From: Phoronis australis
Taxonomy: Eukaryota; Animalia; Phoronida
Assembly (NCBI GenBank): GCA_002633005.1
Contig: NMRA01000410.1
Coordinates: 24,464 to 88,463, forward strand
DNA: 64,000 nucleotides
Direction: 5' to 3'
Shown in pieces: positions 10,410 to 21,719 of the stretch (position 1 is the first letter of the stretch; each line of letters starts with the position of its first letter). The notes below the pieces were generated by a model. That model did no database searches, was not told the origin of the DNA, and saw nothing but the letters and a program-made list of their open reading frames with translations. A program made the position numbers and the translations under genes.

Positions 10410-13106
10410 AATAATCAAAGCCAGTTACACTATACAAATCTGAGTATATGTACACCTCGGGGTCCACACCTCTTTAACAATAATCAATCATTTGGCACCA
10501 TGAATTAGAATGGCACTCGTCAAAACAATTCAAAGTCCATGTATAAATGCACAAAATCTCATATTCAAAAGACTTCGAGTCTACGAAGTAATATGTAATT
10601 CTGTCGCATCCGAATAGTAGTCATTTCATAATATGAAGCAGATTCTCAGAGAAAGTAAAATGCAATCCTACCAAATAGCCAACAAATTCTATATTTCTTT
10701 TCCAATACATTCATTGTAATATCACACCAACTTCAGACAAAAGCAGTCATTTTTTTCACATTTCAAACGCTTCTAACATTATTCTGAATGCCCCCAAATT
10801 CTCAAAACCAGTCAGACGAATGTAAAAGTATTGAACTTGAAAAAAGCAAATCATTTATTCGATGTTAGCTATTTTTTTCTTGTCCGCCATATTGCGCGCT
10901 AAATTGGTGAGATTTTACCTCAACAATCTTCCCTTACTGTGTGTGCACCATATATTTAATGATAGTCGACAAATATTTGCATTTTCTTAGCAAATGACAA
11001 AAAGTATCAAAACTATCCAGTTTGTAGTACAACTTTTTCAATACTAAAAGTGGCAAGATTAATGGCAGGTAAAGCATCTTGACAAGATTGTTCGTTTACA
11101 GCGGGTTACATAGCTCAGGGTGCTAATTAATAAATCATCTTGACGCATTTACAATCTAACAGAACCTCTCAAGAGATAACAATTTTAAGACAATTTTGCA
11201 CGCATACAAAATGATTGACTAGATTCCAGCAAAATAACAAACTGGCACAACACGTGCCAAATACAAAAAATAATGCCACACTCTGTGTCGGCAAAATAAA
11301 AACATATATAGTAGCAGAGACATGGTTAAAGCCAAAGCCTTAGCAACAGAGATGTGGGAGAAATTAAGTCACAATCAGAAACAAGAAGCTTGCATCCATG
11401 GCAAGGTTTTAAATAAAAACTATGGTGACTGAAACAACGATTGTCACTCCACACTTTGAACCAAAGCCTTTAGGTATGACAGCTCCTCGGTTAATTCGCA
11501 CAACAGCAATAGCCACTTCGCAGAATACAATTATAGCTGCTTCTCTGATTCAGCAGTATTTTCCCACAATGCAACGCGTCTTTAGAACAGTTATACGCTG
11601 TTGTTATGCTGATTACTATTTTGCATGGACATTAGTTTGTCATTCGTCTTTCCGACACCAATTCAGTTTTAACCACTGCATGGTGAGTTGCAACAGGGGC
11701 ATAAAAAAATTTGACAAGCCGAGTGAGACGTCCATAAATCATTCTTCATAACTCCAACTAGGCTCAGAAGTGTTAGCTGGCCTTACCTTACGACAGGGTC
11801 AATTATGCTTTTTTACCTCCTCCACAAAAGAGGTTAGTCGAATCCAGGATGTTGGAATTGCCAAATATTTTTATGATTTTTCACCTATCTAGCATGCTAT
11901 AACTAAATATATTTTGTCAGCTATTTTATGATAGCTACATACAGTAATTCTTCAACTATTTAGCACAAAGTATGATGGATGAGTGAACATTCATTTTGTC
12001 AAATTTCTCAACAAAAATAAAGATAAAGAAAATTTTAGCCAGTGTTCAGCTTGTTTGTACTTTGGAAATGTCATAAAAACATTTGGTTATGTTTCCATAA
12101 TTCGCAGCAAAGTAATTAGTCGTTAAAAAGTTGAAAAATGAGAATTTAGGCGATTATTTTTGTGCGAAATACCTGAAGAATTACAGTATATGTAGATAGA
12201 GTAAACTTTCATATTGATTACTTTTTATGGGAAATTGGACATAAGTTCACACTGGCCGTCCTAATGAGTGTAAAGTTCGTAAAGAATTACTATAGAGCAT
12301 CGTGTTTTGCATATCAACACAAACTCTAATTGTGAACTACTGCTTTCTACAATATTATGGCTAGATTCACTCGCACTACAACTGAACAATTATATACACA
12401 ACTTACAAAACTCGTACAGAAAATATAAACTCTATCAGTCAGCTCAGCATATCTCATACTTTGTAACACAAGCCTTCAAAATCGTTCACACTTTTCATCC
12501 AATCATTTCATACAATCCAATCAATCTATCATATCTGTGATTTTACTAAAACGGTGAACACGAAGAAGACAGATAAAAACAATTATGAATCAATGATTAA
12601 TATAACATCTTAAAATGTAATCAAAAAAATTAACATTAGTGTATAATCTTCATATAAAATTGTAAGTCTTGCAGTAACATCATGTATATAGATAAACTGT
12701 TTTGCATTGACTGTGCATTTGGAATGACCAAATGAACTAACCCTATTGCAAATATTTCCCATGCCTAACTTTATATATAACAAGATCATTCCATAACACC
12801 CCTCGACAACACGTTGACAGCAACACTGGAAATACCCAACATGGCCAGTTGTAGTCAACTTCATTCCATAAATTCTTTGGACGGGACTAATGTGTGTTTG
12901 GTCCAACTTCAGCAACCAGAGTAACGTGGCTATAGAACTGGAGCATAACAGTTCTTTAAAAACACAGTTTTCAATAATAATAATAGTAATAACAGCACAC
13001 AAAATGTACATCAAATAAACCACATCCATGTGAGCAGTTGTGGCTATAGCTAGGATTTCTTCAAATTCAAATTCTTCATAACTGTTGCCGTTTCATTTTT
13101 TTCAAA

Positions 13107-13567
13107 TCAGGCCACTTCCTGTTTCAGCAATGGCAGACGTGACAACTTAAACACCTCCATGGGTGGTGAGGGTACCGGTGACTCATGCCGGTGTACCAGG
13201 GCACGTGGTGGTGACTGGGGCTCAATGTGGTGGCCATTGGTCATCTGGCTATGATCCAGTGGACTGACTGGCGAGCTCATGCCATTGACCACCATGTTGC
13301 TGCTGGACGCAAGAATGGTTTGAGAGAACACACTCGAGGACACGCTGGAATGCGACGATATTGACGATGGCTCAGTCAGCTGACTGATCATGTGACTGTG
13401 CTCAGCACTCGGAGACGTCAAGGAACTGGCGCCGTTGTTGTTGTCAGAGCTTCCACTGGCTATGAGGTCGAGAGAGGAACTTGCCATTTGTTCTGGTGGA
13501 GGGGATGGCTGTGCCATCATGTGTTGGGGAACAGAACTACCAGGGTGGGGTCCCTCACTGTTGGCAC
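13107..13567 (-). CDS. HNF4: HNF4 terminal exon, Ser/Pro-rich F domain (GANSEGPHPG...LPLLKQEVA*)
   Basis: tttcttgcAG acceptor at 13569-13568; phase 1 continues MLLG-G; TGA at 13109-13107. The C-terminal KQEV resembles vertebrate HNF4A TKQEVI. Confidence 0.88.
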
Positions 13568-13810
13568 CTGCAAGAAACAGTCAAGTCAAAATCTCACTGA
13601 CTTAAAGATTTTCATTTTCTTGATTAAATTTTAAATTTTCTTGTTTTGAAAAAAAGTTTAGAACAGTAAAGGGAAAAACAAAACTCTTCCTTACAGTGGC
13701 AAGATAGTTGAAGGCTGACCAAATTGAATATGTTTCACAGTACCACTCAGATACAAGATATGCGAACATTTTCAAGAGTCCATCGCCATCAAATCACCTA
13801 AGCAACTCAC

Positions 13811-14047
13811 CTCCCAATAACATCTCCTGCAGGAGATTGTCAATCTTGGCCACGCCAAACCACTTGGCAAACTGGATCTGCTCGATCATCTGCCACGTGA
13901 TGCTCTGAAGAGCCGGCAACACCAGCAGAATCTCCCCGAACCGGCCTCGACTGTCATACTGGCGGTCGTTGATGTAGTCTTCCAGATTTATCTGCACCTG
14001 GTAACGCATAGCCTTTATCTTCTGAGTGTCGCTCAGCCCTTTGGCAT
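13811..14047 (-). CDS. HNF4: HNF4 LBD exon with AF-2 (DAKGLSD...[51 protein letters not shown])
   Basis: ccttcAG acceptor, G|GTGAGT donor, 237 nt. Near-invariant HNF4 LBD C-terminus. Confidence 0.97.
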
Positions 14048-15917
14048 CTGAAGGTACCGAGTCAAAAAGTGAGAGTTGCGATTCTTTTTGTTGTATCGCT
14101 GCAATGGTCAACGGGGTTACACGTCTTTAGTCCACTTTGGCGGCACTGTCATCTCAATTTGGAGAGTAGTGCTTGAACATGCAAAAGTGAGTGCTGGCAT
14201 GCTTTGGGTTCTTCCTCAGGTGTGAAGAAAAGGAGGTGGTCCCAACGAAAGCATAGGCCAAAAAACCAACAAAATGTACTTCATGCCCAGTTAAAAATTT
14301 ACCAAATCAAATTGTGAAAAATTTGAAAGTTTACTCAAAAAAGTCTTAGGCGATTGGTAAATTTTTAGTGGTCTGAAGTGAAGTTTGTAGGTATTGAGCC
14401 CAGTAGTGTAGAATAATGAACCTTTTGGTACAATTAGGCATGCAAATATAAGTTAGTCCAAAAGAACAGAATATTCAATGACAAAACAGTAATAACAGAT
14501 AATACAGTAACAAATATGCCTCATGAGACAACTCAGGTGATACTGTTTTACTAAATGAATGTTTCAAACTTAAAAAACAAATTGCAACTATTAAGCAAAA
14601 ATTAAATAAATGGAGCAATATCAAGCACATTCAAAGTAATTATGCTTAGAGTATTAAAGTGCCTGCGAACACCATTTTTGTTAACTTACAACAAAGCTCC
14701 TCCCACACGTGTCGATTGTGACATGATCGTAATTTTGATAATGCACTACAAGACGACAGTAATCAGACAAAATACGGCTTTCCCATCATGACGGCTAATT
14801 CTGTTAACAGCAAAAAATTACTGGAAATAATTATTAAGACAGCAAAAATTCTAATTATAGAACAGTTTAGCCACCTTACTAACTTTCCTGTTTAACTCCA
14901 ATTTATTCTCGGCTGTGAGAGAAGACTACCATCGTGTTCAATTCAGCTTCTACCCAGGCATCATTATGGGGAATTACCGGTCTATTTGTCTGAATACTTT
15001 CCGCTTGTACTGTATGCTAGTTAGCTACCATCCATTTGCTAACGTTTATTACCATCTTGTGACAATCGGAGAAGAGAAGGCAGCCATTCCATATAAAAAA
15101 TGAGTCACACTAACATCTACAACACTACTCAAGGTGTAAAGGGTCAATTTCACAGCACCCACTATTTGGTTGAGAGATTTGTAAAAGTACAACTGTCCTC
15201 AAGAGGCCAGATTATCAGGAAATCTGATCAAAGAGCCTATTGCATGGGGTAGACCAATTAGCGCATTAGCCATGGCTTCATGGCAATAAAACACTGACTA
15301 AAATAGTTTGATATAACGTGCACTAGAACTGGTGATTTTCGAACTGGTTGGCTTCTGAAATTGAATTGCTCGTACTAAGTTAGTATCCATTATTACCCGA
15401 AGATATACGACAAAAATTGACCAAACGAAATGCTTTAGCTTTCAGTTTTCTGGTACCCATTGTTTTAGTAACACTTTGAACCATGGTAGATTATTGGCCT
15501 GAGTGCAGTGATGTAGGACAATAGGGCACAGGAACGCTTAAAAACTGGAAAATTGGTATCTCGATGTATCCAAGAAATTGTTGTTTTCTGGAGTTGAAAC
15601 CAAATGGGAGGTTTTTGTAATGATGAAAATCAGTAATCTTTCTACCTTTTGTTCTTAAAAATTTGTTTTGCAGTTGCAAGAAGCAGAGCCACAAAAAACA
15701 TTCAGAGCAATGTAACAACAAACTCATTTTCAGAATGTCCAAGCTTGTCCTAACATCTTGATGAAATGGACTGTAAACAGGCAGTTTTGGCCAAAAACAC
15801 CATCCTCAAATGCCACTAGTTATTCCCCCCCATGTTCAAGATCATGCTGAGAACTACCAACTACCTATTTCTTAATGTTTATTACAAAAAATGTAGAATA
15901 CAATAGTTGGAGGAGTT

Positions 15918-16294
15918 ACCAGGGTTTTCCGTAGATAAGCCCATGGGCATGTATTCGGAAAATGAAAATTTTCAGGCACTTCAGTAACACCGAATAAACG
16001 CTCGGAAATTTATTCAGAAAAGAGAGGCATGTACACAGAAAGTCATAGCCTCGGCTGATATAAAAATGTCTGATTTTTTTGCAAAAAACTGTTTTTTACT
16101 TTTAAATTAATAAACACATAGTTCACCAACACTGCTCATTTTTAGAAATGATAAATGCTCCACAAAACTGAATTTGTGGCTAAAAATTGATGCTAAGTAC
16201 GCTTTTAAGAGGACATTTGACACCAGAAGTTGTAACACCAAATAAACGGCCATGGGCATTTCATCGGGTGGGCTTATCTACGGAAAATCCGGGT
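15918..16294. mobile_element. MITE with about 26-bp imperfect TIRs in an HNF4 intron
   Basis: accagggttttccgtagataagccca ... tgggcttatctacggaaaatccgggt. Superfamily uncertain (pogo/Tigger-like by inference). Confidence 0.8.
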
Positions 16295-16450
16295 GCCCAG
16301 AAAGCTCCAGAAAGCATTATATCTGTGCATAGAACTACCATAGAGTGAAAATGCCTTGAAGAAGCTGGAGACAAAGTAGGTACAATAACTACTAGTAAAT
16401 GGTGTTCATAGGCACTTTACTGAAGTATTGTGGCAAGAAGACAAACCCAC

Positions 16451-16691
16451 CTGGATCAAAGAACACAATGGCCTTCAGGCATGCAAACTCAGAATCGTCA
16501 ATTTGTACATCCCGAAGAGGTTTGACGAGTTCATCTAGGATCCTATTGGCCACCCGTCCAATCTCAAGTTCTGGTGTATTTCGGGGGATCACGTAGTCAT
16601 TCCCTAATAACAAGATGTCCTTGTAGGCAAGTGACCGTCTGGCAACACCCAGCAACAAATGTTCACCGGCATGTGCACGTAACAGTGCCAC
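16451..16691 (-). CDS. HNF4: HNF4 LBD exon ([21 protein letters not shown]...[11 protein letters not shown])
   Basis: ccctAG acceptor, G|GTGGGT donor, 241 nt. [13 protein letters not shown] is HNF4-diagnostic; the Arg of RRSL sits where the fatty-acid-binding Arg lies in mammalian HNF4. Confidence 0.97.
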
Positions 16692-16967
16692 CTAGGGATG
16701 AAGAAATGTTACTTAAATTTGTGTCCGACTATATTTCACTACAAATTTCCACCAGACTATAATAATACTGCAATCAGACATTCACTCAGAGAAGGAAACT
16801 AATTAATGCATACTAGTCAATCTACAGCGCCAGATCTTTGGCTTTTTCGAAATTTGATTAGAAGACACTCTAGCCTAATAAGTATCGAACTCTGCTCACA
16901 CCAAAATTTTGAGGAACAGAAAGTTAAAAACTTTGTCATGAAATGTTTGGCTACAACTATAACGCAC

Positions 16968-17117
16968 CTGGTCATCCAGGGGCAGGTCGCAGAAACTTGG
17001 AATGTATTTGGCCCACTCAACCAGTACCAGCAGCTGTTGCTTCATAGACTCACTTACGTCACTGATACCGGCCAACTTTTTCTGACTTATGTCACTACCA
17101 TTCATGGGGGACGATAT
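16968..17117 (-). CDS. HNF4: HNF4 LBD exon ([50 protein letters not shown])
   Basis: tttcAG acceptor, CAG|GTGCGT donor, 150 nt, phase 0-0; nuclear receptor signature region. Confidence 0.96.
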
Positions 17118-17416
17118 CTGAAATGTACAAAAAGTTATCCATGAGTTTTCTTTGTGAGCGTGGTTGAATTATCATACACGTGATCAAGATTCTGTGATGT
17201 GAAGAAGTTCTCAACATGAGCAGGACTCAACAGATTGAAGGTCCGACATGATAAATGCTAACATAAAAAACTTTCGTCTCGACATGAATCATGGCATGAG
17301 ACAAAACCCTGTAAGATTAACTAACACTACTGATATCTTTCTATTATAGTAACCAATTTAGGTGAAATACCTGTGTGTTAATGCTTTTTGAATTTTGTCA
17401 GGGATTACTAGATATA

Positions 17417-17580
17417 CAGTAGAACTCTCGTAAGTCAGACTTATACGTTAGTCAGATTGTCACTGAACTCAGAGAAAGTTTCACGGCACATTTGTTTCAC
17501 TTCGTGCAGTTTTCTTTTCATTACATCAGACTGCAAAAATATCTCGGTATGATTGGATCTGACTTATGTGAGTTTTACTG
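17417..17580. mobile_element. Tc1/mariner-type MITE with TA target duplication
   Basis: TA|CAGTAGAACTCTCGTAAGTCAGA ... TCTGACTTATGTGAGTTTTACTG|TA. Confidence 0.8.
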
Positions 17581-18222
17581 TAGCCTGTAAAAACTCTTAA
17601 CAAAATGTGGGGACAGTTTAGAAATTTAATAACCGTAAAAATACATCAAGTTAGGACACAAGATGGCAGACAAGTGAAATTAATTTTTTTTTCTTTTCAT
17701 AAAAGAAAAGTAGCACCCAATAAATTAATACTTCATCATTTACACGTCCTACAGAACACAGTCACCATCTGACAATGTTTTGGGAAATTCTGGGCATTCG
17801 CATTAATGTTAGAAGCTTTTGAAAAGTTTGGGAGATTATTGCATGACTTGATAAGTGGGATACTACATGTGTGCTTGTGTGAGGGAGCAAGTGTTGAATA
17901 CAAAAAATCTGGTAGGCAAAAAATTAAGGCAACACCACATGAAAAATTTGCCACCATATGCTTGAGAAAAGCGGCAGTGAGGGCAGTGACGTCAATAACA
18001 TGGCCATGCAATTGGCGACAGATGTTGTTTAAAGTAACCAGGTTACATGAGAATTAAATTTGGCAGCACTTAATGTGAAACAGTTGGGCTTCCTGTTTAT
18101 ATTTTTGACATGTTGGTCACACTAATGACAAGAACAACAGGAATAGAAGGATATGTTCAAACTGGGGTAATATGAAAAGTTACCACTGGCTGGCAGGCAA
18201 GTCGCATTCTAATTTCTCAATC

Positions 18223-18452
18223 CTGGGGCCCCGTTTTATCAAAAGCCTAAGTACAGTCAAAGCTGAGACAGCCATAGAAATGCTAATGGCATTGCATTTT
18301 TAGAACAATGAAAATGTTGCAATTGATGTTGAGTTGACAAATCATTTCATATTCAGACCTAATGGCCGCCTTCGTGAGCCATGTGTGCGAATTACTATCA
18401 GAGTTTAACCCGACTGTCTTCAGCTGGGACTGTTTCATGCAACCGGGCACAG
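18223..18452. mobile_element. Degenerate MITE
   Basis: Ends ctggggccccgttttatcaaa and gtttcatgcaaccgggcacag are imperfect inverted repeats. Confidence 0.45.
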
Positions 18453-19176
18453 ATCCTCTCCACTGCCTGACACTAGAAACTATCACAGGAAATCAACCCA
18501 GGAAATCAACATTTGTCTTGGCATTGACCCTGGTCTGTAAATCAACAGCACGTGATTTCTAGAAATAGCAGGGATGTTTTTCAACAACTGCACTGACTGA
18601 CCCCTATGCATGACCGCAGTACAAGAGCAGAAAATTAAACCAGTCAAATAGTGCAAGACATCCTTCTCTAGTCACTTTCTGGTAATGCTTGAATATATAT
18701 AAAAGTGAACTTGTGAATGTCAACTAGAATTCATCCTTTTCCAAACATATTTTCAGTCAAAATAGAAAAAAATGAAGCGCTCATGCCTTATTAAACAATA
18801 TGAAATTCTGAAGCATGCTGCCTGGCGACTACTTTATAAACTATGGATATCAAAGTAATAATCTGTAAAACAATCAACAAGCAGAATACTAACACTTTAC
18901 ATAAACAGGGCTTGGGTAACCATGTTTGCAAAGGCTTGAAAATGTGTCGGGTAAACAAAAACATAAATTATGGTAAATGTAACCCTTTTTCATTTTCCAA
19001 ATGTTTTCCACACATGGAAACGATTTTGGTTATTTTTCCAGGTTTCCAAGATTTCTATCTATAACAGGTGCGAACTGAATATTTGTTTATCAGGTCACTA
19101 CCCAAGCGGCCAATGTCACTTTTCTGCCATTAATTAACAACAAGAGAAGGATTGCATAATAGCTAAGGCAACTCAC

Positions 19177-19292
19177 CTGTCTTGACAGTATTTCTGCATT
19201 TAGCAATGTGCTTACAGAGAGGTTACCATTCTGAATCAAGTCATCGTAACTTGTTCTGCGAATGCTAATACGGTCTCGCTCATTTTGTACAG
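19177..19292 (-). CDS. HNF4: HNF4 T-box/hinge exon (AVQNERDRISIRRTSYDDLIQNGNLSVSTLLNAEILSRQ)
   Basis: tatttcAG acceptor, CAG|GTGAGT donor, 116 nt. AVQNERDRIS is HNF4-typical. Confidence 0.96.
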
Positions 19293-19557
19293 CTGAAATA
19301 CAGAAATAAGTCCCTTTCAAACTCCTGATTCGTGGCAACAGCAGCAAATGAAGATGGAAAGATTTTGGTCTACACAAATCATTCCTTCTTGTGTATACGG
19401 TAAAATCTCACTAATTTAGGACACAAGGTGGTGGGCAAGTGAAATTTTATTTTACTATTTTTAAGTGTGTATCAAGCAATTGATGAAAAAGACACTGTTG
19501 TGCTTTTTGCATCTTTTAGTTACACCAAGCTACAGCGAGTGTGTTCAGTGATTTAAG

Positions 19558-20062
19558 CAGGGCTTGGAATGACCAATGACAAAAAACGCGGAAACTTTGA
19601 AACTTCTACGGCCCAAATCATGCCCGCTAACCAGCTTTGAAATGGTCAATGTGAACCTTTCCCCGACAAAAATCGGGAGGAATAAAAAAAAAACGTTACC
19701 ACCATCAGTAGCATGCGTCTGCGTCCTTTTAGCTCGCCCGTCCACTCCCAACCCACACATTTTTGGCTGCAGAGCGGTAGTATTTGTTGCCACGCTTAAC
19801 AATAACACGAGACGCCATTGAAAATCCCACCACGCTGTCCCAGATGCCCCGGCAATGTTGACAATTTACGTTCCTCCGAAACATAAAGAGCAACTTCCGC
19901 TTTTCGAGGTGAACGTCGTCTGCAACGCCGCAGTAGGAAAGGAATTTGCCGCGGAAATTTTATATCAAATCCAATTTTTTACGCGGAAATATTATAAAAA
20001 AAGCGGACAGCACATTTGAAAAAAGCGGAAATCCGCGTTTCCGCGGAAAATTCCAAGCCCTG
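19558..20062. mobile_element. hAT-like non-autonomous element, 13-bp TIR, 6-bp flanking duplication TTTAAG
   Basis: tttaag|CAGGGCTTGGAAT ... ATTCCAAGCCCTG|tttaag, with subterminal CGCGGAAA/GCGGA repeats. Confidence 0.85.
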
Positions 20063-21419
20063 TTTAAGGCATTACTTTAAGTACAATCAATATTGATTTT
20101 CTAAATTAGTTGCACTAATCATGTGCTTTATTAACCAAAGTCCAAAAAAATATCAAAATATTAAATATATATAGTAAAATTTCATCAATTTAGGATAAAA
20201 TATAGCCAACTAGAAACCTCATTTTCTCATTTTTTCCAAAAGATATGTAGCGGCAAATTAAGGCTTTGTTAGCATAGCTACCAACAGAAAATTTTTTGAA
20301 AGAACAGGCATTCACAACAATGTCTGAAGCCCTTGGAAATGAGAAGAGGGCAATTTTAGTTATTATTTTGGTCCGAAAATGGTGAGATTTTACAGTAGAG
20401 ACCATAAGAGCAACTCTAGGCCTGAAAACAACATTTGTTTGTAAAACCACACAGGCCAACAGGTGGCCTTGGTCTGGCTCTCCACAACTGGGCCACCGAC
20501 ACACAAGGTAGGTATAAAACACCATCCAACTTTTAATTATTTGATATCAGGACCCTTTGGTCCAGATAAGATCGCTTGGGACAATTAGTTGTGGGTTGTC
20601 AACAGGCGGCCAGGCAAACACATCAAACAAGTGGGTGACATTTAAACAAAAACATGATCATGTGCTGTTGAAGTCAGTGACCTGTGAGTACAAGTAAATA
20701 TTGATCATAATGTAAAACAGTGCAGAAGCAAAACTCAGATGTAGAGTGGACGTTGGTGCTGCCAAAATTTGATGTTCAAATTCGAGAGAAGTGGTCCTGC
20801 CCTGAAATCAGCTTGGATAATTACAATCTACTTCTTGCTTTAGCAAGTTGTTGACATATCCATTTAGGTTGACATCCACCTTCAGCTAAATTCCAAGCCC
20901 CTGCTTATACTTAGTAAGAAATGCCATATTTTATAAGTACTTTCAAACCCATGACTGATTGAACACAGGAGATATGTCGCGCGATCAATTTAACACTTAT
21001 TCAACGATTTTTGAGATTCTCCACTTCAATGCTGAAGGAGTTGTCAAAGCAAAAGGTGCCATGAAATGGTACGTTTTTAATGCAAAATTTCTGATCATGT
21101 TGTTGTCATGATACCTCACCGACTTGCGTCAATATTTCAGCATCTTAATGACTGGCATCACCCGTATGCTAACGACCTGAACAAGAATATCATAAAATAC
21201 GTCAATTAGTGCTAATCAACGAACTGGTCTTAAAAAGTTTCCTTGAAAGGTTCTGTCATCAAAAAAGGAAAAATAATCTGCGATTGGTACAAACCAGTAC
21301 AAAGAATTCCAATTTCAGAAGGAATGGTCAATTTTATCATTACTGACAGCATCCAATTTGATCAGATCATAATCTACATGTCAATGTTCATGTTCACATG
21401 AATAATACCAGCCACTTAC

Positions 21420-21719
21420 CTTCTTTGCGCATGCCTGCCCTGAAGCACTTCTTTAGTCGGCAGTACCGGCACTGATTGCGTTTGTCTTTATCCACCACAC
21501 AGTTGCGGTTGAACCTGCACTGGTAGACGTGGTTCTTGCGCACGCTTCGTCGGAAGAAGCCCTTACAGCCGTCGCAACTGGCGGCTCCATAGTGCTTGCC
21601 CGTGGCTCTGTCGGCGCAGATGGCGCAGTATTGTGGTGTGCCTGAAGACAACGACTGAGCACCGGGACTGTTCAATCCTTGAACATGCTGCATCGACTGC
21701 AGGCTCATGTCTGATGGAT
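21420..21719 (-). CDS. HNF4: HNF4 DNA-binding-domain exon, both C4 zinc fingers; in-frame ATG at 21708
   Basis: tctttttacAG acceptor, G|GTAAGT donor, 300 nt. [33 protein letters not shown] (P-box DGCKG) and [19 protein letters not shown]. Whether 21708 or an upstream exon supplies the start codon is unresolved. Confidence 0.97.

Noticed and set aside
12610-13029. 139-aa - strand ORF after the HNF4 stop
   Set aside because: Low-information hydrophobic composition typical of U-rich 3'UTR; no homology recognised.
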